Notes: generated by a model not told the origin, from the letters alone. Shown: positions 1 to 12,683, counted from the stretch's first letter. The stretch: 64,000 nt of DNA from Candidatus Sungiibacteriota bacterium (GCA_016186145.1 JACPMF010000009.1:17505-81504); one strand, 5' to 3'. Made by a program: numbers and translations.

Positions 1-308
1 GCATGGCTGCTTCCGGCGCGGCACTCCTGCTCACGGCAGGCACAAAAGGGAAACGGTTCGCCTTGCCAAACTCAGAAGTGCTGATTCACCAGGTCATGGC
101 CGGCGGCATCGAAGGGCAGGCGGTTGAAATAGAGATCGCTTCACGGCACATCTTGCGGCTCAAGCAAAAACTGAACGAAATTCTTGCCAAACATACCAAC
201 CAGGCGCTCGCGAAAGTCGAAAAAGACACAGACCGCGACTACTACATGAATGCGGAGGAGGCGAAGAAGTACGGGATAATCGATGAGATAATAAAGAAGA
301 AGAAATGA
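1..308 (+). CDS. clpP: ATP-dependent Clp protease proteolytic subunit (5' partial)
   Basis: [45 protein letters not shown] ClpP motifs. Confidence 0.95.
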   Translation, partial: MAASGAALLLTAGTKGKRFALPNSEVLIHQVMAGGIEGQAVEIEIASRHILRLKQKLNEILAKHTNQALAKVEKDTDRDYYMNAEEAKKYGIIDEIIKKKK

Positions 309-526
309 AATTTGTATTTACACGGCATGCCGTAGAACGTTGCTCTGAAAGAAATATAAAATTGAAAGATATAAAATATGCGGTAACGTCGCCTGATAAA
401 TTACGCATTGTAGCCGGAGGCGCGATTGAAGCATCAAAATTGATTCGGCAAAAAGTTTTGATCGTACGCTTCGAAATAAACAAAGAAATAAGGAAAATAA
501 TAACAGCATTTTATGAATCCCGTTAG
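305..526 (+). CDS. DUF4258-family small protein (putative toxin)
   Basis: [19 protein letters not shown] pattern; paired with DUF2283. Confidence 0.75.
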   Translation: MKFVFTRHAVERCSERNIKLKDIKYAVTSPDKLRIVAGGAIEASKLIRQKVLIVRFEINKEIRKIITAFYESR

Positions 527-673
527 AAGTCCTGCCTGTCGGCCTGCCTGCCGGTAGGCAGGCGGGCAGGCGCGATCACTTCTTAAACCATACGGGGTTC
601 ATAAGATATTAAAGGGATTAGAAATTTATTACGCAGACGGCGATCGTTTGATCGCGATCTGCTTCTAACGGGA
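518..673. mobile_element. MITE with TCCCGTTAGA/TCTAACGGGA ends, TGAA target duplication and nested 40-bp CCTGCC palindrome
   Basis: TGAA at 514-517 and 674-677; 13-bp terminal inverted repeat; nested palindrome 531-570. Confidence 0.85.
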
Positions 674-894
674 TGAAGATTAGATACGATAAAGAGGCCG
701 ATGCGATTTACATTCGCATAAAATCGGCAAAAATAAAAAAAACAGTAAAAATAGAAGCCGATATTTTGGCAGACTTTGATGAAAAGGGAAATACCTGCGG
801 CATAGAGATTCTTAATGCTTCAAAACAGCTCCCAACAAAAGAGCGCAGTGTTGAAATTGGGAAAAGAAAAATGCCTATTCCGGCTTTTGCTTAA
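673..894 (+). CDS. DUF2283-family protein (putative antitoxin)
   Basis: MKIRYDKEADAIYI..DFDEKGNTCGIEILNAS signature. Confidence 0.85.
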   Translation: MKIRYDKEADAIYIRIKSAKIKKTVKIEADILADFDEKGNTCGIEILNASKQLPTKERSVEIGKRKMPIPAFA

Positions 895-1080
895 AAGTAA
901 CGCTCGCTACCCTAAAATTTTAAGGGGTTGCTCGCTTTGGCTAGTAAACACAAATATTATAGTATGGTTCTCACGTTTTGCGACGAAAAACTACGACATC
1001 TGATCCCCTTTACAACTTCTTGACATTTTGTTAAAGTAATGACACATAAATAACATTCTTTGACACCAGGAGAAAACTGC

Positions 1081-1353
1081 ATGACCGAATATGGAAAGCG
1101 GAAACTGCTCTGGCTATCTATCTTTTTACTGCTTGTAAGCGTGTTTTTCTGGTTGGAAGAGCGTGGAGCTCCTGGCTGGAAAACTGGCGTGGCCTTTCTA
1201 TCAATGGCTGTTGTTGCTACTATTGATTTTTACCTTGAAAAGAGCAAAGCATTCAGACTTTCCTATGCTGCTTTCTCTCTATTCTTTTTGGGTTATGCAC
1301 TTTTCTATCTATTCTCTTTGCTTTATGCAATCAAAAACTTCCTGGCCAATTAA
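1081..1353 (+). CDS. small membrane protein
   Basis: three hydrophobic segments; GGAG upstream of ATG 1081. Confidence 0.6.
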   Translation: MTEYGKRKLLWLSIFLLLVSVFFWLEERGAPGWKTGVAFLSMAVVATIDFYLEKSKAFRLSYAAFSLFFLGYALFYLFSLLYAIKNFLAN

Positions 1354-1742
1354 GGGCCTTTTTTTTTTTTTTTTTTCTTTATCCGCCAATACTCCGCGTC
1401 TCTGCCGGAACCGGAGCCTTTTTTGGCATTTTTGCGCATTAATTCTGCCGGATATTTCTTTTCGACGTAATCAAGCTTCCTGTTGACAGTGCCCGCCGTA
1501 TCGATATCCAAAAGGACCGCCATCTGGATGGCGTAAATCAAAACATCGGCCAATTCCTTTTTCACCTCATCTACCAACTCTTTGCTTCGCCGTACCTTCT
1601 CCAATTCGAGATTTTCCCATTGGAACAGCTCAAGAAGCTCGGCACCCTCGATCATAATTGATTTCGCCAAATCAGAAGGCCGAAGGTGGTTCCAGCCCCT
1701 TTCTTGAAGAAAGCGTTTAATCCTTTTCTCTAATTTTTCCAT
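1350..1742 (-). CDS. MazG-like nucleotide pyrophosphohydrolase (dCTP pyrophosphatase type)
   Basis: ERGW..HLRPSDLAKSIMIEGAELLELFQW..ELADVLIY..KKYP. Confidence 0.85.
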   Translation of the reverse strand: MEKLEKRIKRFLQERGWNHLRPSDLAKSIMIEGAELLELFQWENLELEKVRRSKELVDEVKKELADVLIYAIQMAVLLDIDTAGTVNRKLDYVEKKYPAELMRKNAKKGSGSGRDAEYWRIKKKKKKKGP

Positions 1743-1793
1743 TTTTTATTCGGCCAGTTATTGATTTGTAATTTGGACTTTGTAATTTGGAAT

Positions 1794-2309
1794 TTAGGTT
1801 AAGTACCCCATCTCCTTGAGAACCTTTTCAAAAAGGCCGATTGCTTGCGCGGCGCGGTGCTTGCTGACCGTACGATCCGGAGAGTGGGCGATATCGTTTC
1901 GAACGCGATGCGCCTCCCATAAATCGTCAAGCGAAGAAAGGCGCCCTTTGTCCAAAGTACGCATACGCTCTCCCATTGTTTCACCAACAAGCCCCATTTC
2001 TTTCAAAATACTATCAACGATTGAATCCGCCTGAATAACGGCAAGATTCCAATCGGCAGGATTTTCCGACCCGAGTTTTTTAAGAACCTGCTGCCACGGC
2101 TCTTTCATGGCATTCGGCGCTACGGCTTTATCGCCGGTTTTTGCAAATCGCGGTTTGCTGTAAGGCGAGATCTTCCTCACAATAACAACCATTGCGGCAA
2201 TGAGTCCAAGGGAAACAAGCGCGGAAATAGTCCGCGCCCAAAAGAGAAAGCGGGGCCAGTCATAAACAGTGAAGTATTCAATTATGCGATAGTAAAAATC
2301 GGAAAGCAT
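1794..2309 (-). CDS. conserved membrane-anchored hypothetical protein
   Basis: N-terminal TM; AVIQAD..GETMGERM..WEAHRVRNDIAH. Confidence 0.7.
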   Translation of the reverse strand: MLSDFYYRIIEYFTVYDWPRFLFWARTISALVSLGLIAAMVVIVRKISPYSKPRFAKTGDKAVAPNAMKEPWQQVLKKLGSENPADWNLAVIQADSIVDSILKEMGLVGETMGERMRTLDKGRLSSLDDLWEAHRVRNDIAHSPDRTVSKHRAAQAIGLFEKVLKEMGYLT

Positions 2310-2333
2310 ACTTTAAAACTTTAACCAGTTGAA

Positions 2334-3803
2334 TCAACTCTTCCGGCCCTGCTCAAACGTATATGCCGCTGACAGGATAGTTGTCTCATCAAACCACTTC
2401 CCGATAAACTGCAACCCGACCGGAAGGTTCTTTTCTTCGCGCTCAACCGTTCCGCAGGGAAGGGATAGCGCCGGAATACCGGCCAAATTTACCGCAACCG
2501 TATAGATATCAGCCAGATACATCTGCAACGGGTTTGCCGTTCGCTCCCCAAGGCGAAACGCAGGCGTCGGCGACGTCGGCCCGACAATAATATCAACCGT
2601 TCGAAAAGCGCTCTTAAAGTCCTCTTGGATCAGGCGTCTCACCTGCTGGGCTTTGTTGTAATAAGCGTCATAATAACCCGCAGAAAGCGCATAGGTGCCG
2701 AGCATGATTCTTCGTTTAACTTCTGCGCTAAAACCGTCTGCTCGTGTTTTTGCGTAAACTTCATATAAATTTTCCGCGTCTGTCCGCGATTGAGAGTGTC
2801 CGCATCTGTCCGCGATTGAGAATCCGTATCTTATGCCGTCGAACCTCGCGAGATTAGCAGAAACCTCTGCAGGCATAACCAAATAATAAACCGGGAGAGC
2901 AAGACGCGCATGCGGTAAACTTATTTCCTGAACTTCCGCGCCGAGGCGAGTTAACTCCGCAATGGCCTGATGTATTCGCGCCCCCACATCACCCTCCAAG
3001 CCCTCACCAAAATACTCTTTCGGAACGCCCACTTTTAACCCACGGAGCGACCCTCTTCTGTCTAATACAAACGGTTTCGTCTCGACTGTTGTCGCATCAT
3101 AACGGTCGCGCCCCCGAATTGCTTCGAAAAGAAGCGAAGCATCCTCAACGGTCTTAGTGATCGGGCCAATCTGGTCCAAAGAAGATGCCATAGCAATGAG
3201 GCCGTGCCGCGATACTCCCCCATAGGTTGGCTTTAAGCCGACCACGCCGCAAAAAGAAGCCGGCTGACGGATTGAACCACCCGTATCTGACCCGAGCGCT
3301 GCCAGGGCAAGATCCGCGGCAACCGCAGCCGCGGACCCTCCGGAAGACCCCCCCGGGACTCGTCCCAAATCATACGGGTTTCTGGTCGGCCCAAAAGCTG
3401 AATTCTCGGTAGACGATCCCATTGCAAATTCGTCCAAATTTGTTTTTCCCAAAAATACCGCTCCCGCATGTTTTAATTTTTCTATCACCGTAGCGCTGTA
3501 TGAAGCGATATATGGTTCAAGAATTTTTGACCCGGCCGTTGTCTTTGTTCCGCGAATAAGTATGTTGTCTTTTACCGCAATCGGCATGCCCATCACCGTG
3601 GTATCGATTTCTTCGGCGCCGATTTTTTCATCGATGCCATCCGCCTGTCGCAGCGCCTCTTCTTCAAAAACGTCAAGATAAGCACGAATTTCTTCATTCT
3701 TACCTTTGATATTTTTAAGATAATGCGAAACAACCTCTCGACAGGAGAATTTTTTTGCTTTTAAGCCAGAAACAATTTTTGTGATAGTAAGATTTTCCAC
3801 CAA
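2334..3803 (-). CDS. gatA: Asp/Glu-tRNA amidotransferase subunit A
   Basis: amidase signature GGSSGGSAAAV, SDTGGSIRQPA. Confidence 0.97.
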   Translation of the reverse strand: MVENLTITKIVSGLKAKKFSCREVVSHYLKNIKGKNEEIRAYLDVFEEEALRQADGIDEKIGAEEIDTTVMGMPIAVKDNILIRGTKTTAGSKILEPYIASYSATVIEKLKHAGAVFLGKTNLDEFAMGSSTENSAFGPTRNPYDLGRVPGGSSGGSAAAVAADLALAALGSDTGGSIRQPASFCGVVGLKPTYGGVSRHGLIAMASSLDQIGPITKTVEDASLLFEAIRGRDRYDATTVETKPFVLDRRGSLRGLKVGVPKEYFGEGLEGDVGARIHQAIAELTRLGAEVQEISLPHARLALPVYYLVMPAEVSANLARFDGIRYGFSIADRCGHSQSRTDAENLYEVYAKTRADGFSAEVKRRIMLGTYALSAGYYDAYYNKAQQVRRLIQEDFKSAFRTVDIIVGPTSPTPAFRLGERTANPLQMYLADIYTVAVNLAGIPALSLPCGTVEREEKNLPVGLQFIGKWFDETTILSAAYTFEQGRKS

Positions 3804-3885
3804 AGCTTCATTAACTTATTAGCTTCTTTGACTTAATTAGTTTCCGGCAATCCTAAAAACTAATGCAGCTATAAGCTAAAAGCTT

Positions 3886-4191
3886 TTAAAACACTGACGG
3901 CACCTCAATCCACCCTTTGTCCTTTTTCGGTGCCGCATCAACCAACTCTGCCGGGCTGCCGAAGGGAGCTATTTCCTCGTCCTCTCTCGACCCGTCCTCA
4001 AGCGTAATCAACAAACCCTCTTTAAGGCCACCGGCAAGGGGCAAAATGCCGGAAGTATCAACTTCGCTCAATTGATTAACAAAATCCAAAATTCCGTCGA
4101 GGTCTTTTTCAAACTTTTCAACCTCTCCCTCCGTTAACTCAATACGGGCAAGTTTGGCTATATGTTTTACGTCTTTGGCGTTTATTGACAT
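3886..4191 (-). CDS. gatC: Asp/Glu-tRNA amidotransferase subunit C
   Basis: VKHIAKLARIEL..L.EVDT; upstream of gatA. Confidence 0.93.
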   Translation of the reverse strand: MSINAKDVKHIAKLARIELTEGEVEKFEKDLDGILDFVNQLSEVDTSGILPLAGGLKEGLLITLEDGSREDEEIAPFGSPAELVDAAPKKDKGWIEVPSVF

Positions 4192-4260
4192 AGGTTAAAA
4201 TATCCATTACTTTTAATATACAGTACTTTAAACTTTAATATATCAAATGAGGAGGGTGTA

Positions 4261-6710
<2,450 letters not shown>

Positions 6711-6713
6711 AAA

Positions 6714-7199
6714 TTATTCTCCCCCACCCCCTCTATAACTCGTAGAAAAAGCCCTCCGCACTGCGAATGTCCCGCCGCCGCAGTCGAATTCGCCGGTCGC
6801 GGCAAGCGTCACGTCATATATCGGCGGATCGGAGCTTACCTCAATTTTGTCGGCGCGAAGCCGATAACAGGCGCCGCTCGGAAGCGTTACCCACCCTGAG
6901 TCATAACAATTTGATCCGGGTCCGGGGAGAGGAAAACAAAAAGGATTTTCTCCCCGATCGTCATAAAGACCTTTTTCGATTGCCTCGTCAGCAGCATAAA
7001 GCGCAACGAAAGAATCGGCAATCTCGCCTGATATGCGAAGTTCCGTAAAGACGACGGTGAAAATGCCGATGGAAATGGAAAGCAACGCGGTAAGAATAAG
7101 GATTACGAGAAGAAGAGTGATACCGCTCGGTGTTGAGAAATTAACTGGGCTACGCCAACTTCTTAGTTTCTTAATTTCTTTATTTCTTAATTTCTTCAT
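6714..7199 (-). CDS. PilX-like minor pilin
   Basis: G|ITLLLVILIL..ALYAAD..IEKGL. Confidence 0.7.
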   Translation of the reverse strand: MKKLRNKEIKKLRSWRSPVNFSTPSGITLLLVILILTALLSISIGIFTVVFTELRISGEIADSFVALYAADEAIEKGLYDDRGENPFCFPLPGPGSNCYDSGWVTLPSGACYRLRADKIEVSSDPPIYDVTLAATGEFDCGGGTFAVRRAFSTSYRGGGGE

Positions 7200-7201
7200 G
7201 G

Positions 7202-7840
7202 TTATAGGTCGCGCTGACGGGCGGTTACCGTAGTCTGAATCTCGAAATCGGTTTCGAGCCGGACTGTGGAACTCACCGACCGCGCTTCAATCACAATGGT
7301 TACTCGGGGCTGGCCGTCCGAGGGGCCTAATACCTGTCCAACGACATAGAAAAATAATTTGCCAACGGCAACGGCTGACGAAGTCATAGCCGACCCCAGA
7401 CCGCAGTCGCCAATAACGGGACTCTGTCTTTTTATCGCGCCATCCTCAAAACAATACAAAACAGAAGTGCCCTCTTGCCGAGTAAATCTTAACTGGCTGC
7501 AACCGGCCGTCCCGCAGCCACCAACCAAAAAATCGGAACCGGTTCTTATCTCTTTTGCCATAAATTCGAACGTAAAACGAACGTTATCCTGAATATTTTG
7601 AATGTTTGAAGCCTTTACCTGAGCCTGATTGATTGAAAGCATGGCACCGACAGCAATAACAATAACCACGGAAAAAATACCGGTGGAAATGAGCATCTCC
7701 AAAAGCGTAAATCCATGCCCGAATTCTGAATTCTGAATTCTGAATGCTAAACATCGCCGCCTCGTTTTGCGTAAGACGGATAGATTTTTGCAATTATTCA
7801 GCATTTGGCATTTATAATTCAGCATTTTTATTATCTCCAA
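7202..7840 (-). CDS. PilW-like minor pilin
   Basis: GFTLLEMLIS prepilin motif. Confidence 0.85.
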   Translation of the reverse strand: MEIIKMLNYKCQMLNNCKNLSVLRKTRRRCLAFRIQNSEFGHGFTLLEMLISTGIFSVVIVIAVGAMLSINQAQVKASNIQNIQDNVRFTFEFMAKEIRTGSDFLVGGCGTAGCSQLRFTRQEGTSVLYCFEDGAIKRQSPVIGDCGLGSAMTSSAVAVGKLFFYVVGQVLGPSDGQPRVTIVIEARSVSSTVRLETDFEIQTTVTARQRDL

Positions 7841-8478
7841 TTATACAATGTCTCCCGCAAAGTCATTTCTCGCGGAACGCCGCCTTCCATCCACGTCACA
7901 TGGCTTACCACAGTTATCTGGTCGGGTCCCGGCTTTGTTATAGAAACTCTTCGAATAAATAGCGTTTCTTCTCCGGTTGTATAATTATAAAGTCCGGTAT
8001 CGCTATCGCGAAGCAGTTTGGCGCTGACGAAAGGAGAAAAGTCGGAAGACAAAATATCAACCTGCCAGTCCCCGATACCAAGCCCAACATCCCATTCCCT
8101 GTCTGCAAGAACATTGTCATCACGAATCTTCCGCACCAGCTCCATTCCCTCTTGGGCAAGATTCGCAGAGACGAGGCGGCTCCGCGCAAACTTCGCGCTG
8201 AAAATCCCGCGGGTGGCAAGCGTAATCGGACCCGCCATAGCAGTCAAAATAACCGCAAGCGCTACAATGGTTTCAAGCAACGTAAACCCTTTTTTTGAAA
8301 TTCCAAATCCTCCCGATGGCAAAGCCATCGAGGATCCTCGATGAAATCGGGACAAATTACAAATTCCAAACAAATTCAAAATTCGAAATCCTAAATTCAA
8401 AACACGTGTTTTGAATTTGGTGTTTTGACCATTAGAATTTGCTTGTGATTTGTGGTTTGTGGTTTGTGGTTTTTCCAC
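7831..8478 (-). CDS. PilV-like minor pilin
   Basis: KKGFTLLETIVA; ANLAQEGMELVR. Confidence 0.85.
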   Translation of the reverse strand: MEKPQTTNHKSQANSNGQNTKFKTRVLNLGFRILNLFGICNLSRFHRGSSMALPSGGFGISKKGFTLLETIVALAVILTAMAGPITLATRGIFSAKFARSRLVSANLAQEGMELVRKIRDDNVLADREWDVGLGIGDWQVDILSSDFSPFVSAKLLRDSDTGLYNYTTGEETLFIRRVSITKPGPDQITVVSHVTWMEGGVPREMTLRETLYNWR

Positions 8479-8480
8479 GT

Positions 8481-9176
8481 TTATTCAATTGAAATTTGCC
8501 CGGTTATATGGATACGCACTCGACGCATCAACTCACCGCCGGGAGCTTGAACGCCGACGGAGACAAACTGGCCGATTGAATCCGACTCATTATAGAGAGT
8601 CGTTTCGGCGCTCGGCGTAGTGAAAACGATATTAATAGCACCCTGACTCCGTCCACCATCGTCAAAAATGTCAACGATCCGCACCCCTCGGTCAAACCCG
8701 AATTCCTGAATGATAATATCCGAAGCATCATAAATATGGTTCACATTTAAGTCGGCAAAGCTAAAAAAAACTCCGGGAGCGGTAAGGTCTGCGTGAATAC
8801 CCACCGCACGCGGGATAATCGGCCCTTCGGGACCCTCAACCGTTCGAACCGCAAGCGCCTGATTCTGGGTTTGGCGCAAGGCAAGGGCAAAACGCTGCGC
8901 TGATATTTGCGTGCTAATGCTTCCCAGGGTGCTGGGAAAACTAACAAGCACCGCAGAAGAAATCAACGTTATGATGGCAAGCATTATGACAATTTCAACC
9001 ATAGTAAACCCGGTTCGCTCACGCTCAAAGGCAAAAGGCAAAAGGCAAAAGGCAAAATTGTGTTGTTTTGCCTGCGGCATATGGACTTTAACATCCGGCA
9101 CTTTTGAATTTTTATTTGTCATTTTGACTTTTGAGTTTTGAATTCTCGCCTTCCTTATTATACAGTGCCTGACCAT
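8481..9176 (-). CDS. FimT/FimU-like minor pilin (start uncertain)
   Basis: GFTMVEIVIM..LRQTQNQALA. Confidence 0.8.
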   Translation of the reverse strand: MVRHCIIRKARIQNSKVKMTNKNSKVPDVKVHMPQAKQHNFAFCLLPFAFERERTGFTMVEIVIMLAIITLISSAVLVSFPSTLGSISTQISAQRFALALRQTQNQALAVRTVEGPEGPIIPRAVGIHADLTAPGVFFSFADLNVNHIYDASDIIIQEFGFDRGVRIVDIFDDGGRSQGAINIVFTTPSAETTLYNESDSIGQFVSVGVQAPGGELMRRVRIHITGQISIE

Positions 9177-9222
9177 AACAAAAAAGCGGCCGATAGAGCC
9201 GCCTGACTCAAAAAGCTGTTTG

Positions 9223-9654
9223 CTACTCGTACTTCACTAGGACCTTATCTCCCCCAGAAACAGGGACATCGAGAATCAGGCGTTCCTCCTGAAAACCATT
9301 GAGGTACCACTTCCATTGCTTCTCGCCGGGACGCACTCCGTCTATATCGGCGATGTCGCCGGTAAGAGTAACCTTCAACGAAAACCCCCCGGCAGCCTGG
9401 GACGCCTGAAGGGCTTCAAACGCCGTTATCGGCGCTAAAATCTTCCCCTCAAAAGCCCGCCTCTTACCGTCACCAAAATCTACCGTAACCCGTACAAATG
9501 AATTTTTTTCTTTAAAAACGGCCGGTATAGTTTGCGAATAAGAAAGGAAATCATTATTAAACGATTCATTTAAAATGAAAATGAAAGCGACCGCTCCCAA
9601 AAAGACGGCAAAAAGGATCGCCCACCGAAAAGAAGATTTTTGAAGAAACTGCAT
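9223..9654 (-). CDS. DUF4430-like membrane-anchored protein
   Basis: IDGV..WKWYLNG..GDKVLVKY. Confidence 0.65.
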   Translation of the reverse strand: MQFLQKSSFRWAILFAVFLGAVAFIFILNESFNNDFLSYSQTIPAVFKEKNSFVRVTVDFGDGKRRAFEGKILAPITAFEALQASQAAGGFSLKVTLTGDIADIDGVRPGEKQWKWYLNGFQEERLILDVPVSGGDKVLVKYE

Positions 9655-9740
9655 GGCAGGGAAACCAAAAATTAGTTCCTCACTCCTTCCATTTTACCGC
9701 CGCAAAAACGGAAAACAATCCCTTTTGTGCACAGGCCCCT

Positions 9741-10571
9741 TCAAATATTCAAATAATTCCATATTAGAGCATCTCCCCACCAAAGCGCCAGAAGCGCTCC
9801 CGCGGCCAGAAACGGCCCGAAGGGAATTTTGCTTTTCATCTTTGCGGCGCCAAAAATAATCAGAGAAACACCGACAACCGCTCCGATCCAAAACGACAGG
9901 AGAAGCGCTACTGCCCCCTTTGCCGCCCCAAGAAAAAGAACAATTGTCGGCGCTAACTCGGCATCTCCGAAACCAAGCGCGCGTCCTTTTGAAAAATAAA
10001 AAATGGCAAAAAAGAAAAAGAAAACAGCAGCAGCCGTCACAATAGTCCATGAAGCATCAGCAAGCGGCTGCCCCAGAAGCCATCCGAAAAAAACTCCCGC
10101 CGCGGAAAGCGCGAAAAACGGAATCATAAGCGCCGGCGCAATAATAAATGTCCGCCAATCGTAAACCGCAATACCGATAAGCAAAAAAACAATAACCAAA
10201 TAAAAAACAAGACCAAACGCAAATGAAACCTCGGTATATGAAGATGATAGGAACGGGGAAAACGGAAAATTTAAAAAAAGAACCTCTTTATAGCGAAGAT
10301 AAGTAAGAAAAAAAGAGCCGGCGGTCAACAATTCGACAATTGGATACCGCCACGAGATTGATTCGTGGCAAGACCGACACTTGCCGCCAAGAACAAGAAA
10401 ACTGAGAACGGGAATTAACTCACTCCATTGAAGGACATGTTTGCAAGAGACGCAGTGCGAACGGCCCCATAAAATCGATTCACTGCTTCCGAGACGGAAA
10501 ACAATAACATTCAAAAAACTGCCGGCGGCAAGACCAAGAAGAATGATGCCCATGGCGAACATGATATCCAT
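9741..10571 (-). CDS. pilD: prepilin peptidase
   Basis: GSFLNV..RSHC..C, GKCRSC, GFGD, IPFGPFL. Confidence 0.95.
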   Translation of the reverse strand: MDIMFAMGIILLGLAAGSFLNVIVFRLGSSESILWGRSHCVSCKHVLQWSELIPVLSFLVLGGKCRSCHESISWRYPIVELLTAGSFFLTYLRYKEVLFLNFPFSPFLSSSYTEVSFAFGLVFYLVIVFLLIGIAVYDWRTFIIAPALMIPFFALSAAGVFFGWLLGQPLADASWTIVTAAAVFFFFFAIFYFSKGRALGFGDAELAPTIVLFLGAAKGAVALLLSFWIGAVVGVSLIIFGAAKMKSKIPFGPFLAAGALLALWWGDALIWNYLNI

Positions 10572-10749
10572 GATGTTAGTATATTATACCGGAATTTAAA
10601 CGTCGAATCATGAATAATGAATTATGAATACGAAAGAGCCCCGATTTCTAATTCATAATTCATTATTCAACATCTGGATTTCGATAAAAAAATCTCCCAC
10701 CCCGCGAGGTGAGAGATCGCATTAGTTACCAGTAGCCAGCTACCAATAC

Positions 10750-11217
10750 TTACGGCGTCACATCATAGCAGTACCGGCTCGCCACGTCGGTACAGCCGTC
10801 AGCATCAGACCCTTCAATCGTATCGCCGCCGGTGCACGATGAGGTATCCAAATCCCGATCGCTTGCAAGCGGCCCGCCTGTTAAACTCTCTTCCAAGTCA
10901 GCGCCAAGGTGATAACTAGTAGTGCTTAACTGGCAATATCGATATGCTCCGGTCAGCGGATCGGCGGGAACAGCCGGCATGAATGTTGGCGCAAGCGAGC
11001 TTGAGAGCGCGCCGGATGCCGGATATGCCCGGTTTGAATCAAAATAAAGCTCTAAGGCAAGCTGGATTTGCTTAATATCCGCAACTCTTCTGGCATCGCG
11101 CGATTTTCTGCGAGCGCTGTTTAACGAAGCGAGAACAATTGAAGCAAGAACGCCGATAATGGCAATAACGACCAAAAGCTCAATGAGCGTAAACCCCTTT
11201 TTCATTCTTAGGGACAT
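10750..11217 (-). CDS. type IV pilin, probable major pilin
   Basis: KKGFTLIELLVVIAIIGVLASIV..RDARRVADIKQIQLALELY. Confidence 0.92.
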   Translation of the reverse strand: MSLRMKKGFTLIELLVVIAIIGVLASIVLASLNSARRKSRDARRVADIKQIQLALELYFDSNRAYPASGALSSSLAPTFMPAVPADPLTGAYRYCQLSTTSYHLGADLEESLTGGPLASDRDLDTSSCTGGDTIEGSDADGCTDVASRYCYDVTP

Positions 11218-11346
11218 AGAATTTTTAAAAAATTTACGGATAAATAAAATTATAAACCTGTTGACCTTAATACCTCCCTAGTATACCCCTGTACAGCAAA
11301 CCAAAGCAAAGAGCCAGTTATCCACACCCGTTCGCTAACGCTCCAC

Positions 11347-11431
11347 CAGCGAATGACGAATCCTTTACGAATTTACGAATAATAACGGGCTCCAATTCGT
11401 ATATTCGCGACTGATTCGCAATTCGTTGATA
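11347..11431. repeat. CGAAT/ATTCG palindromic intergenic repeat
   Basis: related copies at 55645-55738 and 59044-59120. Confidence 0.7.
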
Positions 11432-11436
11432 TTTAC

Positions 11437-12645
11437 CTATAAAATGGAGGACAAATTATATAGCGGGAAAAGCACGGCCGCAACAAGAACGCCGACGCCA
11501 AGTCCAAGCATGATGATAAGCGCGGGCTCAATCAAACTCACGAAATTATCGAGCAAATTATCGACATCCCGCTGATAAAACCGTGCCGCGCTCTTCAAAA
11601 TGACATCGAGACGCCCGGATTCTTCGCCTATTTTTATCATCTGGGTAATAATCGGCGGAATATCATTATATCTCTCAAACGCATAGCTGATAGTGCTTCC
11701 GCCACGCACCGAATCCGAAGCCGCCAAAATGATTTTTGCATAGACCCGATTTTGAACAACGTCCGCCGTAATTTGAAGCGCTCTGATAATCGGGATACCG
11801 GCGACAATAAGCGTTGCAAGATTGTCAGTAAGACGTGTTAAATAAATCTTCCGCAAAAGACCCCCGATAAGGGGCAACCGAATTTTTATCGCGTCCCAAA
11901 GATCCCGGCCCCGCTCGGTCAACAAGAACCGCCACAAAAAAACAGCGCCGATCGCGAGAAGAATCAAAAGCCAAATTCCCCATGCCCGGAAAAACGAAGA
12001 GAGACCGATAATTGCACGGGTGTAGATCGGAAGCTCCGTTCCTATCTCTTTAAAAATATCGGAGATGCGCGGAACCACCACGACAAGCATGACAACAATG
12101 ACCCCTACAAAAGCGGAAAAAATGAACGCCGGATAAATAAGCGACGTACGGGCTTTACTGGTCAGGGCATAGGAGCGTTCGAGGTGATCGGCAAGAAAGG
12201 AAAAAACTTCTCCGAGCTTTCCGGACTCTTCTCCTGCCCGCACCATATTGACATAAAATTGACTGAAAATATGGGGATGCCGGGAAAACGCCTGTGAAAG
12301 CGAAGACCCGCCGGACGCGTCCTCCAGAATCTCTCCAATCGCCGTACGGAAAACAATATTCTCGGACTCGCCGGCAAGAGTCTTGAATGCCTGAACCAGC
12401 GGCACCTGCGCCTCGAAAAGCGTAGCCAGCTGACGCGAAAAAATCACTACGTCGCGCTGTGATACATGATCGAAAAATCTTAATTGCTGTTTAAAAATCG
12501 AGGCAGCTCCGGCAGCCGGCTGTATTTCTACAATAATTAAATTGTTTCTCTGGAGAATTTCGGTTGCACCCTCTAAAGAGCGGGCCTCAATAGTGCCGGA
12601 ACGTTCTTCTCCCTCCGGAGTGCGGGCTTGATAGGTAAATTGCAT
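11437..12645 (-). CDS. pilC: type IV pilus platform protein
   Basis: FSRQLATL, GEESG twice, EPALII. Confidence 0.95.
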   Translation of the reverse strand: MQFTYQARTPEGEERSGTIEARSLEGATEILQRNNLIIVEIQPAAGAASIFKQQLRFFDHVSQRDVVIFSRQLATLFEAQVPLVQAFKTLAGESENIVFRTAIGEILEDASGGSSLSQAFSRHPHIFSQFYVNMVRAGEESGKLGEVFSFLADHLERSYALTSKARTSLIYPAFIFSAFVGVIVVMLVVVVPRISDIFKEIGTELPIYTRAIIGLSSFFRAWGIWLLILLAIGAVFLWRFLLTERGRDLWDAIKIRLPLIGGLLRKIYLTRLTDNLATLIVAGIPIIRALQITADVVQNRVYAKIILAASDSVRGGSTISYAFERYNDIPPIITQMIKIGEESGRLDVILKSAARFYQRDVDNLLDNFVSLIEPALIIMLGLGVGVLVAAVLFPLYNLSSIL

Positions 12646-12683
12646 ATGAATTTCCTTTTTGTCTTTATTTCCTCACTGCGAGC

